64,000 nt of DNA, taken from contig OZ252251.1 in the NCBI GenBank assembly GCA_965249725.1, positions 1 through 64,000 of the forward strand. Reading direction: 5' to 3'. This stretch comes from Longimicrobiales bacterium. Lineage in GTDB: Bacteria > Gemmatimonadota > Gemmatimonadetes > Longimicrobiales > Gaopeijiaceae. The stretch's first letter is position 1. Each line of letters begins with the position of its first letter. Below, in pieces: positions 8,891 to 19,040 of this stretch. Below the pieces are notes generated by a model that saw nothing but the letters and a program-made list of their open reading frames with translations, ran no database searches and was not told the origin of the DNA. The position numbers and the translations under genes were made by a program.

Positions 8891-9853
8891 ATGAGCGGAG
8901 AAATGCAGCAACCCCGGCTTGCCACCGAGTCTATCGCAGGTCTGCGGCCCTATCAGGAGGACGCCGTCCTGTCGCAGACGTTGTCGGACGGGCGGCTTCT
9001 AGTGGCCGTCGCGGACGGAATGGGGGGCCATGCAGCTGGTGAGGTCGCCAGCGCCCTTGCGCTTGAGACGCTGGTAGAGGCGCTCGGAGATGGTGATGCT
9101 CTCGACGCTGCCTTCCATCTCGCGAACCAGCGGGTCCACGAAAAGGCCAGGGAGCCCGGCAAGCAGGGCATGGGCACCACCATGGTCGCCATGCTCCTGG
9201 ACTCGGACGGCTATTCGGTCGCGAACGTGGGGGATAGTCGGTGCTACGTGATCTCCGCGGAGGGCACGCGCCGAGTCACCGAAGATCACTCGTTCGTAGC
9301 CGAAGCACTCAAGAGAGGACAATCCGAGGAGGAGGCCACCTCGTCGCAGTGGAAGGACGCGCTGACCCGCTCCATCGGTACCGACGCGGAAGTCGACGTC
9401 GACGTCTTCGGACCGTTCCCGATCGAGGACAACGCCGCGGTGCTCCTGTGTTCGGACGGTCTCTACAAGACACTGTCGGACTCCGACCTGGGCGATCTGT
9501 TCCTTCAGTCGGGCGGTCCGCGAGGCGCGGCCCAGACGGTGGTGTCCGCCGCCTACGAAAGAGGGAGCGACGACAACATCACCGTGGCCATCGCCGAATT
9601 CGGTGAGGTCCCGAGGACCCGCGCCGTAGGCACGATGCCCATGGAGTTCAAACCGCCACCCGCCGATGTGGCCGTGTCGGAGCCGCCCCAGACGGCGAGC
9701 GAGGTCGACAATGCGACGGCACCGCATGCTTCGGGAACGGGACCCGAGGCGGCTGAGGATTCGGTACGCACCGGCCCGCCCGTAGGGTTGATCGTCGGCG
9801 TCGTGGCGATTATCTCGCTAGCCGTGATCGGGTTCCTGGTCCTCGGGGGATAA
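8891..9853 (+). CDS. PP2C-family Ser/Thr phosphatase (Stp1/PrpC-like) with C-terminal membrane anchor
   Basis: RPYQED, VADGMGGH, NVGDSR, LCSDGL, GSDDNIT; terminal hydrophobic helix. Confidence 0.93.
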   Translation: MSGEMQQPRLATESIAGLRPYQEDAVLSQTLSDGRLLVAVADGMGGHAAGEVASALALETLVEALGDGDALDAAFHLANQRVHEKAREPGKQGMGTTMVAMLLDSDGYSVANVGDSRCYVISAEGTRRVTEDHSFVAEALKRGQSEEEATSSQWKDALTRSIGTDAEVDVDVFGPFPIEDNAAVLLCSDGLYKTLSDSDLGDLFLQSGGPRGAAQTVVSAAYERGSDDNITVAIAEFGEVPRTRAVGTMPMEFKPPPADVAVSEPPQTASEVDNATAPHASGTGPEAAEDSVRTGPPVGLIVGVVAIISLAVIGFLVLGG

Positions 9854-9873
9854 CTCGTCCCAGAGAACGCTCG

Positions 9874-10575
9874 TCAGGCGATATCCGCCACGAACGTGAG
9901 CTTCAGCCCACCGACCTCCGCCACATCGCCATCCTTCAGCACCGCAGGATTTCTGGCGGAGCCGTTCACCTTCATCTTCTTCCAGTTGTGCAGGTTCTTG
10001 ACCTCACAACCCGCATCGCGGTTGATGACGAGGACGTGGTGTTTGGGGGCCTTCGGTACCCGGACGTCACACAGCCCGTCGGTGCCGATGAGAGCGGCGG
10101 CGGCCTCGGACAGATAGTGATTCCCGCGCTGACCACCCGATTCCCAGGCAACGTGGGCACGCCGCTTCCGCTCCGAGTCCTGCAAAAGCTCCTTCACCTC
10201 GTGCGCCTGGATGTGCATCGTGCCCTCGAATCCGCCAGCGGCGGGGGCACTCGTGGCATGGGCCGGGGCCACGGGCTCATCTCCAACCACCTTGTCGAAC
10301 ACGATAGAGAACTTGCCGAAGCCGACCTCGTCTCCCGCCACGATGGCCTGTGCGCCCTCGATCTTCTCGCCGCCGAGGAAGGTCCCGTTCGAGGACCCGA
10401 GATCCTCGACGACCCAGCCGTCACCCTCGCGACGGAACTCCGCCTGTCTCCGCGACACCGAAGGGTTGTCGATGAGGATGTCCATGTCCTCTTCGCGCCC
10501 GACGCGGATGGCCGCTTGATCCAGGTCATAAACCTGCATCGTCTTGCGGCCCAGGAGCAGCGTGATCTTCGGCAT
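9874..10575 (-). CDS. FHA-domain protein (canonical N-terminal FHA, degenerate C-terminal FHA)
   Basis: VGR...SVSRRQA...DLGSSNGTF; second domain ends LKDGDVAEVGG; start ATG 10575. Confidence 0.88.
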   Translation of the reverse strand: MPKITLLLGRKTMQVYDLDQAAIRVGREEDMDILIDNPSVSRRQAEFRREGDGWVVEDLGSSNGTFLGGEKIEGAQAIVAGDEVGFGKFSIVFDKVVGDEPVAPAHATSAPAAGGFEGTMHIQAHEVKELLQDSERKRRAHVAWESGGQRGNHYLSEAAAALIGTDGLCDVRVPKAPKHHVLVINRDAGCEVKNLHNWKKMKVNGSARNPAVLKDGDVAEVGGLKLTFVADIA

Positions 10576-10699
10576 CCTTCGTCTCCTCCGTGCGTTCAGT
10601 TCAACGGTGAGGCCACCACGGGACGACATTCAGGAGCGCGCACCGAAGGCGGGTGACCGATAATGCCGTATGGGGTGCACCGCTGTCCAGCCACGCGGT

Positions 10700-12742
10700 T
10701 CAGCTCCCTCCGTCCGCCTCCATGCAGCGGGCATGCTCCGGCACCAGCAGGAGGCACTCCTGCAGAAGCGCGTCGGCCACCTCGGAGGAGCCGTCCTGCC
10801 TCGCAGCCTCCGCATCCCACGACATCCGTTCCGCGACCTTGAGAAGCAGCGATCTGGCTTCAGGGCTCTCCGGCTCGAGCGTGGCGACGCGCTGGGCGTA
10901 GGAGCGCACGTCGTCTCCTTCACTGCCGAAGTACCGGGTTTCAGACTGCGCTGTCGCTGCCATACCGATCAAGCGAGCTACCTCCCAAGAGGTATCGATG
11001 TCGAGTCCGGCCGATCGGAGATCCGCCACGACCCCGGCTACCTCCGGCTCATCGACCCGGACGCGGAAGGGCATGACAACCGGGCCGATCGGGAGCTTTC
11101 CTTCGAGGCCGTCCCCGGTGACACGGACGGCCGTAACGCCCCCTGATGCGGCGCGGGCCTGGACGTCCGCCAACTCCAACGCACGCCCCCATGGCTGCAG
11201 GACCGCAGCCCCGACGCCCAGCAGGACCACCACTGCAGCGGCAGCCAGGCGGCCCGGACGTCGCAACGCGCCGGCAGCGACACCGCCACTGCGGAGCGTG
11301 GTGACCAGGGTGAGGTCCTCCATCGCCCCCGCGCCCAGAGTCACGGTGGTCTCGACGGGCTCGTAACGAGCATCCTTCAGGGTGACCTTGTAGGTACCCG
11401 GACCCAATCCGTTGGCGACGCACGGAGTCGGCCCTTCGGCCACGGTGCTGCGTCCCATGCGGACCTGCACCTCCACCCCCGGCTCGTCCGTCAGAATGCG
11501 GAGCGATCCTGCGTCCGCAGCCTCGCCCCCCGCGGCCACCCGCCTAAGCGCATCCCGTAGGTCCCGAGCCGACGGAAAGCGATCGTCTGGATCACGCTTG
11601 AGGAGTCGTAGAACCACGTTCTCCATGGCCGGAGGAACCTCGACTCCGGCTTCGGAGAACGGTTTCACATCGCCCCGCTCGGTGGCGACCATGAGCTCAT
11701 AGATCTGATGCGTGGCCTCGCCGGCCGGATTACCCAGCCAAGGGTCTCGGCCGGTCAGCAGTGCATAGAGGATGACCCCGAAAGCGAAGAGGTCGGTACG
11801 TGCGTCGACATCCTCGGCACGCAACTGCTCCGGAGCCGCGTAGCCCGGTGTGCCGAGCGTACCGACCGTCGTGAGGCGACTGTCCGTCTCCTTTTCGGCG
11901 AGCTTCGCGATCCCGAAGTCGAGCACCTTCGCGATTTCCTCACCGGCTCGGTCCTTGGTGAGCATCACGTTCTCGAGCTTCATATCGCGGTGCACCACAC
12001 CCTCGGGTCCCTCGTGTGCGGCGATGAGGGCATCGCAGATCTGAAGGCCAAGATGGATGGTCCGTTCGAGGGTGAACGGACCGTCGTCCATGACGGCGTC
12101 ACCGAGGCTCTTACCCTCGACGTACTCCATGAGGAAGTAGATCAGCCCGGCCTCGAGATCTTCCTCGTAGGTGGAGAGCCCCACGATGTGGGCCGACTCG
12201 GTGCCGAGACGCTTCATGATCTGCGCCTCTCTCAGGAAGCGCTTTCGCATGGTGTCGGCCTCGGCACCCACCAGCCGGTCCACGCCTAGGATCTTCAGAG
12301 CCTCGATCCAACCACCCTTCACGTCCTCGACCTTGTAGACGGTGCCGAAGCTGCCGGCTCCGAGACGCTTCAGTACACGCCACTTGTCGCGGAGGAGCGT
12401 ACCTATGAGTGGATCTTCGTCCGGATCGTCTGTCGCCTCTCCGGGTGCGGCGCTCTCGGCAGTCGGCGGCGGGCCGGACTCTCCGCCGGACGCGATGTCG
12501 TCGGGACTCCAAGCCACGGTGGGCTGAGACTGCCGCTGGGCGGGAGCCTCCGTGTCATCCCCTGCGACCTCGGACTCCGCCTCCGGTGTGTCGGATGGAC
12601 TCGCGTCGGGTGATGCCTCGGCCCCGGACGCACCCGTGCCGGCCTCGTCCGCAGACCCCTCTTCGAAGTCGGTGAGGTCCTCGGGGTTCCATGCGACGGT
12701 AGGCTGCGGTCGCTTCTTGTCGGGTTCGTCGGGGTTGGACAC
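10700..12742 (-). CDS. Hanks-type Ser/Thr protein kinase with PEGA-like domain and TM helix
   Basis: LGAGSFGTVY, ALKIL, HRDMKLEN, DFG, GTPGYAAPE, DDRF. Confidence 0.95.
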   Translation of the reverse strand: MSNPDEPDKKRPQPTVAWNPEDLTDFEEGSADEAGTGASGAEASPDASPSDTPEAESEVAGDDTEAPAQRQSQPTVAWSPDDIASGGESGPPPTAESAAPGEATDDPDEDPLIGTLLRDKWRVLKRLGAGSFGTVYKVEDVKGGWIEALKILGVDRLVGAEADTMRKRFLREAQIMKRLGTESAHIVGLSTYEEDLEAGLIYFLMEYVEGKSLGDAVMDDGPFTLERTIHLGLQICDALIAAHEGPEGVVHRDMKLENVMLTKDRAGEEIAKVLDFGIAKLAEKETDSRLTTVGTLGTPGYAAPEQLRAEDVDARTDLFAFGVILYALLTGRDPWLGNPAGEATHQIYELMVATERGDVKPFSEAGVEVPPAMENVVLRLLKRDPDDRFPSARDLRDALRRVAAGGEAADAGSLRILTDEPGVEVQVRMGRSTVAEGPTPCVANGLGPGTYKVTLKDARYEPVETTVTLGAGAMEDLTLVTTLRSGGVAAGALRRPGRLAAAAVVVLLGVGAAVLQPWGRALELADVQARAASGGVTAVRVTGDGLEGKLPIGPVVMPFRVRVDEPEVAGVVADLRSAGLDIDTSWEVARLIGMAATAQSETRYFGSEGDDVRSYAQRVATLEPESPEARSLLLKVAERMSWDAEAARQDGSSEVADALLQECLLLVPEHARCMEADGGS

Positions 12743-12857
12743 TGACCTGAGTACCTCATGGCCAAAGGTGAAGGCCCGAACTTACCGGGCTCTCCGAAGT
12801 CGGGTCAACCGGAATCGGGGCTTGCCACCCCACGGCCTCGGTCTTCCTTTACATCGC

Positions 12858-13952
12858 ATGGGACTCCGCAAACTCACGATCCTGTTCTCTCTGGCGCTCC
12901 TGGGAGCGTTCACCGGAGGCTGCTCCGGTGAGGCTGAGCCTCTCGGCAACGAGCCGACCGGGCCTGCCGAGCAGAGCGAGGTCGTCCTCCAGGCGGTGGA
13001 CGCCGGAACGGGTGCCGCGCTCACGGACGGGCAGTTGACGGTGCGGTATTTGGTGCGGGCACCGATCACTTTGGACGCCTCGGCCGTGGACCAGGTATCG
13101 GCGTCCGAGCCGTACCGCATCGCGCACGCCGTCGCGGAGGACAACCTCGTGGTAGAGCTGCGGCTCGAGGCCCAGTCCTACCACCGCCTGGACACCGTGC
13201 TCACGGTCGCTCGCGGAGCCTCGGCCGGACCATACACCGTGCGCATGACGAGGCGCCTGGACCGGACGGCAGCCACCGGCAGGCCCAAACCCGCCGGTGG
13301 AGGTCGCGCCACTTCACCAAGCTCGGCACCGTCTCAGCCCGCGGATCCGGATGCAGGCATCGACCGCGCGGCGCTTCGGGCGGGGAACGAGGCGTTCCAG
13401 GCCGGTGATTGGGTGGCGGCGACCAGTGCCTATCTCAACATGGTGGAGCCCCCGAGGCGGACGGGTGTGTACGCGCGTGCCTATCAGCAGGCTCTCGTTC
13501 GGCAGGGGGTCAGCCACATCAACCTTGGTGAGTGGGCCGGCGCCCTCAACGCGCTCGAAGAGGCCGTGACCTTCGACTCTCCCGGATTCAACGCGTACCT
13601 GACCTTGGGCCAGGCGCAAGGTGAAGTCGGCCGTAGCGACGACGGCCGTCAGTCGCTAGACCGGATCGAAGCGGCGAGTTCGTCGATTCCGGCCGGGGAC
13701 CGGCCGGTGGTTTTAGCCTTGGTGGCCTACCAGCGGGCGGTGTGTGGGCAAGGTGACTTCGAGCGAGCCGAGAGTGCCCTTCAGCGCGTGCAAATGGGAA
13801 GCCTGACCATCCAGGCCTTCGAGGCGTTTATCGAGCAGACGGAGGCACTCAACCCTCAGCCGGCCCGACTTCAGCAGGCGGCGGGTAACGCACGCCGTCG
13901 GATCGCCGAGATTCGGGACCGGATGCGACGTGGGGACGACGCCCTCCTCTGA
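12858..13952 (+). CDS. Putative lipoprotein with TPR-like helical C-terminal region
   Basis: MGLRKLTILFSLALLGAFTGGC lipobox-like signal; Ala/Leu/Tyr helical repeats. Confidence 0.65.
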   Translation: MGLRKLTILFSLALLGAFTGGCSGEAEPLGNEPTGPAEQSEVVLQAVDAGTGAALTDGQLTVRYLVRAPITLDASAVDQVSASEPYRIAHAVAEDNLVVELRLEAQSYHRLDTVLTVARGASAGPYTVRMTRRLDRTAATGRPKPAGGGRATSPSSAPSQPADPDAGIDRAALRAGNEAFQAGDWVAATSAYLNMVEPPRRTGVYARAYQQALVRQGVSHINLGEWAGALNALEEAVTFDSPGFNAYLTLGQAQGEVGRSDDGRQSLDRIEAASSSIPAGDRPVVLALVAYQRAVCGQGDFERAESALQRVQMGSLTIQAFEAFIEQTEALNPQPARLQQAAGNARRRIAEIRDRMRRGDDALL

Positions 13953-14040
13953 CCACTCGGTGACGGCGGTTGAGCCCGCCCCTAGCGGTCACCGCGCTTA
14001 CGGTCCACTCAGCCCATTTCGAATCGGAAACGTGTCCTCG

Positions 14041-16014
14041 TTACCGGCGTGAGCTGAGGTCCGTTATCCGACCACGCGGATAACGAATGTCTGTCCGCAG
14101 AAACTCCTCGAAGAAGTCCTCCATGTCACGCAGCTTCTCGATCGTATTCTGGCGCCCGTATACGTAGTAGCCCTCGTTCTCATACGACTTGTAGCGAACG
14201 ATCTTGTACTGCTGGTCGAGCTTGCGCGCGAACTTGAGTGCCGCGTGCGGCTCCCCCTCCGGCAGCCGCCAGTCAGCCGCTACGCCTTCTCCCTGGATAA
14301 CGAAGGTGGGCGTGGTCACCTGATGGGCCTTCAGGATGGGAGAACTCCGGCGATAGACCGCCTCGTTCTCCGGATAGGGACCGAGCTCGTACTCCACCAG
14401 CTTAATGTGCTGGAGCTCGTGGACCGTGGAATGGAAGTCGGTCATGTCGCCGTAACCGGAGAGAGAAATCGCTGCCTGGAAGACATCCGGGGCGAACGCT
14501 ACGGCGAACATCGTCATCATGCCCCCGTAGCTCGTCCCCGTGACGCCGATCTTGTCGGCATCAACGAACGGAAGCGACTCGAGGTAGTCGACACCTGCTA
14601 CGACATCCTCCAGGTCGCAGTGGCCCCAGCACTCGTTGTTCAGATCCTCGAACTCGAGGCCGTATCCGGAGCTCCCGCGAATGTTCGGCAGCAACACGGC
14701 GTATCCACGCTGGACGAAATAGTGAACCTGCTGGTGCCGACGGAACTGATCGTCGAACTGAGAGGTGGGTCCGCCATGGATCCACATCACTCCCGGAACG
14801 CGCTTCCCCGGGGAGATGCCCACCGGCCTGTACAGATACGCCTGAATCGTGAGTCCGTCGGTGCTGGGGTACGTAACCTTCTCCGGCATGTAGAGACGAT
14901 CCTCGAGTCCCATCGGCACGGACGATGTGAGCCGTCGGCTCTCTCCGCTATCGACCGACACCACATGGAGATCGGCAGGCCGCGTGGGGGTCTCAAAGGT
15001 GTAGCTGACCGAGGCACCGTCCGGGCTCCACTCGGGCCGCAGGGCCGCGCCCACATCGTGACCGACGAGCACGCGCGGCGGCCCGCCGTCGCTCGCCACC
15101 ACCCTGAGGGAGTGGGTTCCGTCTCGATTCTCCGTGTAGAGAATGGAGCGGCCGTCCGGAGACCACCGCCCGCCGTCCTGATCGTAGTCGGCCGCGGCGA
15201 CCTGACGCGGCTCCCCACCCTGCATCGGAGCGATCCAGTAGTTGAGCCAGCCGCTTCGCTTGGAGCGGAACAGGACCCGTTCCCCATCCGGCGACACCAC
15301 GGCGGCCCCGAAGGCCAGGCCCGCTCGGTAGTCAAAGAAGTCCGTGTCCGACAGCACGACCCTCTCCTCCCCACCATCCCTGGCGATCTCTATGACGTCA
15401 TGGTCGAGCCACTTCTCGTCCATACGCACGTAGAGGAGCTTCTCACCATCGGGGGTCCAGCTCGGATATCCCTCATACAGCGCATCGTCCGTGAGGCGAA
15501 ACACCTCTCCGTCGGGCACGGACACCAGCCAAATGTCCATGCTGCCGAAACGATCCCCTGCGAAGGCGATCCAGCGGCCGTCGGGTGACCACGCCAGTCC
15601 CGTGGCCCGCGCCGATAGTTTCGTAAGCCTGATGTCGCGGGCGTCCTCCGCAGACCAAAGCCAAATGTCCGGTGCCCCACCCTTGTCCGAGGTGTAGGCG
15701 ATCCAACGGCCGTCGGGTGACCACGACGGCTGTGGAGCTCCCAGCGATCCGACACCGCTCAGCGACAGATCGTCGGTCAACAGAGCGGGTGCGCCGCCCT
15801 CGGGGCTCACCGCAACCAGCCGACCACCAGAGATGAAGCTGATCTTCGACCCGTCGGGGGACCATTTGGGGGAGCGCGACCCGCCAACCGCCGACTGCAT
15901 GGCCAAGAGATCCTCGGCCGAGATAGGCGTGAAGTCCTGTGCTACCGCCTCACCGGCATCCACAACGAGCAGCAACGACAGTGATCCTAGGATCGCGGTG
16001 CGGACAAGTGACAT
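14041..16014 (-). CDS. S9 family peptidase homolog with PD40/TolB beta-propeller
   Basis: Signal peptide, repeated WSPDG, WIHGGP, NIRGSSGYG, GTSYGG nucleophile elbow. Confidence 0.9.
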   Translation of the reverse strand: MSLVRTAILGSLSLLLVVDAGEAVAQDFTPISAEDLLAMQSAVGGSRSPKWSPDGSKISFISGGRLVAVSPEGGAPALLTDDLSLSGVGSLGAPQPSWSPDGRWIAYTSDKGGAPDIWLWSAEDARDIRLTKLSARATGLAWSPDGRWIAFAGDRFGSMDIWLVSVPDGEVFRLTDDALYEGYPSWTPDGEKLLYVRMDEKWLDHDVIEIARDGGEERVVLSDTDFFDYRAGLAFGAAVVSPDGERVLFRSKRSGWLNYWIAPMQGGEPRQVAAADYDQDGGRWSPDGRSILYTENRDGTHSLRVVASDGGPPRVLVGHDVGAALRPEWSPDGASVSYTFETPTRPADLHVVSVDSGESRRLTSSVPMGLEDRLYMPEKVTYPSTDGLTIQAYLYRPVGISPGKRVPGVMWIHGGPTSQFDDQFRRHQQVHYFVQRGYAVLLPNIRGSSGYGLEFEDLNNECWGHCDLEDVVAGVDYLESLPFVDADKIGVTGTSYGGMMTMFAVAFAPDVFQAAISLSGYGDMTDFHSTVHELQHIKLVEYELGPYPENEAVYRRSSPILKAHQVTTPTFVIQGEGVAADWRLPEGEPHAALKFARKLDQQYKIVRYKSYENEGYYVYGRQNTIEKLRDMEDFFEEFLRTDIRYPRGRITDLSSRR

Positions 16015-16101
16015 GTGGTCCTCTCCTTCTATCCTGTGACGGCGCCTACCCTCCGAGCACGCTGAGTTGGCGCGTGAACTTCAAGATCAGCTAGCCCAGC
16101 T

Positions 16102-18273
16102 TCAGGCCAACTGGACTGGCAACTCCCTGATACGTTGCCCCGTCAGCGCGAACAAGGCGTTCGCGACGGCGGGGGCCAGCGGCGGCAACCCGGGCTCGCC
16201 CACGCCTCCCGGCGAATCCCCGCTGGGGGCCAAGACGACGTCCACCTCGGGAGCCTCGTTCATCCGAAGCATGGGATAGTCGTGGAAGTTGCTCTCGGCC
16301 ACCCTGCCTCCCTCGATGCTCACCCGGCCGTACAAAGCCGCTGTGAGACCGTACATGATGCCACTCTCCATCTGAGCTCGGACGATCCAGGGGTTCACCA
16401 CCACCCCGCAGTCCACCGCACACCAGACCTTGTGCACCCGGGTCCGGCCCTCCTCGACGGAAACCTCGGCCACTTCGGCCACGAACGAACCGAACGACTC
16501 CACCACCGCGATGCCCCGGGCGCGGCCCTCGGGCGGCGGCGTATCCCAACCGGAAGCCTCCGCCACTGCATCCAGCACGGCGCGGTGCCGGGGGTGGTCC
16601 GTCAGGAGGGCGCGCCGGTACTCATAGGGGTCCTGACCAGCGGCGTGAGCCAGCTCGTCCACGAAGGACTCGACCACGAATCCGTTCTGAGAGTTGCCCA
16701 CCGACCGCCAGAAACCGACCGGAATGGGGAGCTCGACGTTGGACCACGAGACGCGAACGTTCGAGACGTTGTAGGGGTGGTTTCCTGCCGCCTCTACCGC
16801 TGTTGGATCTACCCCGTCGGGCATGATCCCCGCCCAACTGGCGACGAACTTGGGCATCCAGCCCGGGAGCCATCGCTCCATGATCGACTGTGCGGCGATC
16901 TCGTGGCGCCATCCCATGGGCCGCCCACCCTCATCGAGCACGGCTTCGAGTTCGTGATATGACGCGGGGCGGTAGAAGTCATGCTGAATGTCGTCCTCCC
17001 TGGACCAGATTACTCGGACTGGCCCGTCGACCTTCGAGGCCAACTCCGCCGCCTCCCGCACGAAATCCAACTCGGCCCGCCTGCCGAAGCCGCCACCCAA
17101 GAAGGTGGTGTGGATCTCCACGGCGTCCTCATCCAGCCCGGCGGCCTGGGCCGCAGCCTGTCTTGAGCCTCCACCGATCATGGAAGGGGCGTCCTGGAAC
17201 TGGGTGGGCGCCCACACGGTGCACCGTCCGTCGGCCACCAGCGCCGTGCAGTTCATAGGCTCCATGGTGGCGTGCGCCAGATAGGGCAGCGAGTACTCCG
17301 CAGAGAGGGTCGTACCCGATCCACCAAGGGCAGCATCCACCTCGCCGTCCTCGCGGGCGACCTTGCCTCCCGCCTCGACCGCCGCGCGAAAGCGTCGTGC
17401 GATCTCGGCGTCATCGATCTCGGCCCCCGCACCCTCGTTCCACACGATCTCGAGGGCGTCGCGACCCTGCTTGGCGGGCCAGTAGCCCTCGGCCACCACC
17501 GCGATCCCCGATTCGATCTGAACGACCTCTTGCACGCCCTCCACGGCCAGCGCCAGCGCCGCGTCGAAGGACTCCATCACCCCTCCGAACACGGGCGAGC
17601 GAGCGATCACGGCGACTCGGGCGTCAGCGGGGCCCGCGTCCACTCCAAAGGTCGTCTCACCTCTCGTCTTTGCCGGAATATCCAGTCGCCGCGGCGATGT
17701 CCCGATGATGCGAAACTCCGAAGGGTCCTTTAGTTCGACGGTCTCCGGAACGGGAATGGTCGCGGCTGCGGTCGCCAACTCGCCATAGGTGAGCGTCGAA
17801 CCGTCCGGATGGATGGCGCTGCCATCGAGCATCCGCACCTGGTCAGCCGCGATGTCCCAACGCTGGGCGGCGGCTTCACGGAGGAGCCATCGCGCGGTGG
17901 CGCCTGCCTCCCGCAGCGGCTCCCAGCCGGTAAGCACGCTCGTGCTCCCGCCCGTCATCTGCATTCCCATCATCGGGCTTCGGTAGGCGGGGTGGGCCGG
18001 CGCAAAGGCGAACGAAATGCTCTCGAGCGAGACCTCGAGCTCCTCCGCGATGAGCTGCGGGAGGGCCGTCGTGATCCCCTGCCCCATTTCAGACTTGTCG
18101 ATCACGAACGTGATTGACCCGTCCTCGTCGATCCGCAGCCAAGCGTTCGGCGCGAAAGCGGCATCCGTCGCGGGCATACCGGGCCCCGGCCTGGTCTTGA
18201 AGTAGATCCCGAGCGAGAGGCCGGCGCCCGCTACGACACCCACCTTGACGAAGGTTCGACGCGAAACGCTCAT
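16102..18273 (-). CDS. iorB: Isoquinoline 1-oxidoreductase beta subunit-like molybdoprotein, Tat-exported
   Basis: SRRTFVK Tat motif, [42 protein letters not shown]. Confidence 0.92.
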   Translation of the reverse strand: MSVSRRTFVKVGVVAGAGLSLGIYFKTRPGPGMPATDAAFAPNAWLRIDEDGSITFVIDKSEMGQGITTALPQLIAEELEVSLESISFAFAPAHPAYRSPMMGMQMTGGSTSVLTGWEPLREAGATARWLLREAAAQRWDIAADQVRMLDGSAIHPDGSTLTYGELATAAATIPVPETVELKDPSEFRIIGTSPRRLDIPAKTRGETTFGVDAGPADARVAVIARSPVFGGVMESFDAALALAVEGVQEVVQIESGIAVVAEGYWPAKQGRDALEIVWNEGAGAEIDDAEIARRFRAAVEAGGKVAREDGEVDAALGGSGTTLSAEYSLPYLAHATMEPMNCTALVADGRCTVWAPTQFQDAPSMIGGGSRQAAAQAAGLDEDAVEIHTTFLGGGFGRRAELDFVREAAELASKVDGPVRVIWSREDDIQHDFYRPASYHELEAVLDEGGRPMGWRHEIAAQSIMERWLPGWMPKFVASWAGIMPDGVDPTAVEAAGNHPYNVSNVRVSWSNVELPIPVGFWRSVGNSQNGFVVESFVDELAHAAGQDPYEYRRALLTDHPRHRAVLDAVAEASGWDTPPPEGRARGIAVVESFGSFVAEVAEVSVEEGRTRVHKVWCAVDCGVVVNPWIVRAQMESGIMYGLTAALYGRVSIEGGRVAESNFHDYPMLRMNEAPEVDVVLAPSGDSPGGVGEPGLPPLAPAVANALFALTGQRIRELPVQLA

Positions 18274-18770
18274 CGGTCGCCTCCCTGCCCGTCATCCTGG
18301 GCTACCAAGATGGTCTCCCTGGACAACTCCGCGGCCCTGTGAATGGCTCGGCGAATGGCATTGTACGCGCCGCAGCGACACACATTGCCCGTCATGGCCT
18401 CGTCGATGTCCTCATCGGTGGGATCGTCGATCTCGGCGAGCAATCCGACAGCGGACATGATCTGGCCCGACTGGCAGTAACCGCACTGAGGCACCTGCTC
18501 CTCGACCCACGCCTGCTGAACGGCGTGCACCCCGCCCGGCGACAGCCCTTCGATCGTGGTCACATCCGCCCCCTCGACCGTCCCGATCGGTGTCAAACAG
18601 GAGCGAGTCGGAGTGCCGTTCAAATGGACGGTGCAGGCCCCACACAGGCCCATACCACACCCGAACTTGGTGCCGGTGAGCTTGATGGTGTCCCGGATGA
18701 CCCAGAGGAGCGGCGTGTCTTCAGAGACGTCGACCTGATGGGACTGTCCATTGAGCGTAAACGTGACCAT
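18270..18770 (-). CDS. iorA: (2Fe-2S)-binding small subunit IorA
   Basis: [30 protein letters not shown]; start ATG 18770. Confidence 0.93.
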   Translation of the reverse strand: MVTFTLNGQSHQVDVSEDTPLLWVIRDTIKLTGTKFGCGMGLCGACTVHLNGTPTRSCLTPIGTVEGADVTTIEGLSPGGVHAVQQAWVEEQVPQCGYCQSGQIMSAVGLLAEIDDPTDEDIDEAMTGNVCRCGAYNAIRRAIHRAAELSRETILVAQDDGQGGDR

Positions 18771-18848
18771 GGCGGATTCCTGCTGCTCGAAGTGAGGGAC
18801 GAGCCCGAAAAGTGTGGAGGGCCAGCCGTCCGACACAAGGACCATCGT

Positions 18849-18905
18849 GTGCCGGCCCGAAGAGCCGCCGCACTCGACCCCATGCGGGCGCTGCGAGGGG
18901 AGTAG
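18849..18905 (+). pseudogene. Orphan 3' end of a MacB/FtsX-like (ADOP-type) ABC permease gene
   Basis: [18 protein letters not shown] matches the typical PARRA..DP..ALR.E C-terminus; nothing permease-like upstream. Confidence 0.7.
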
Positions 18906-19040
18906 GCGATTCGCCGCCCGCTCGTTGACTCTCGATCAACCTGATTCCAACATCCGTCGACTCGTGCGTGTCCCTTAACGGACCGACGTACTCTTCCGTC
19001 GACCCACCGAATCAGCCCCTAGCTCCGAGAGTGACCATAG

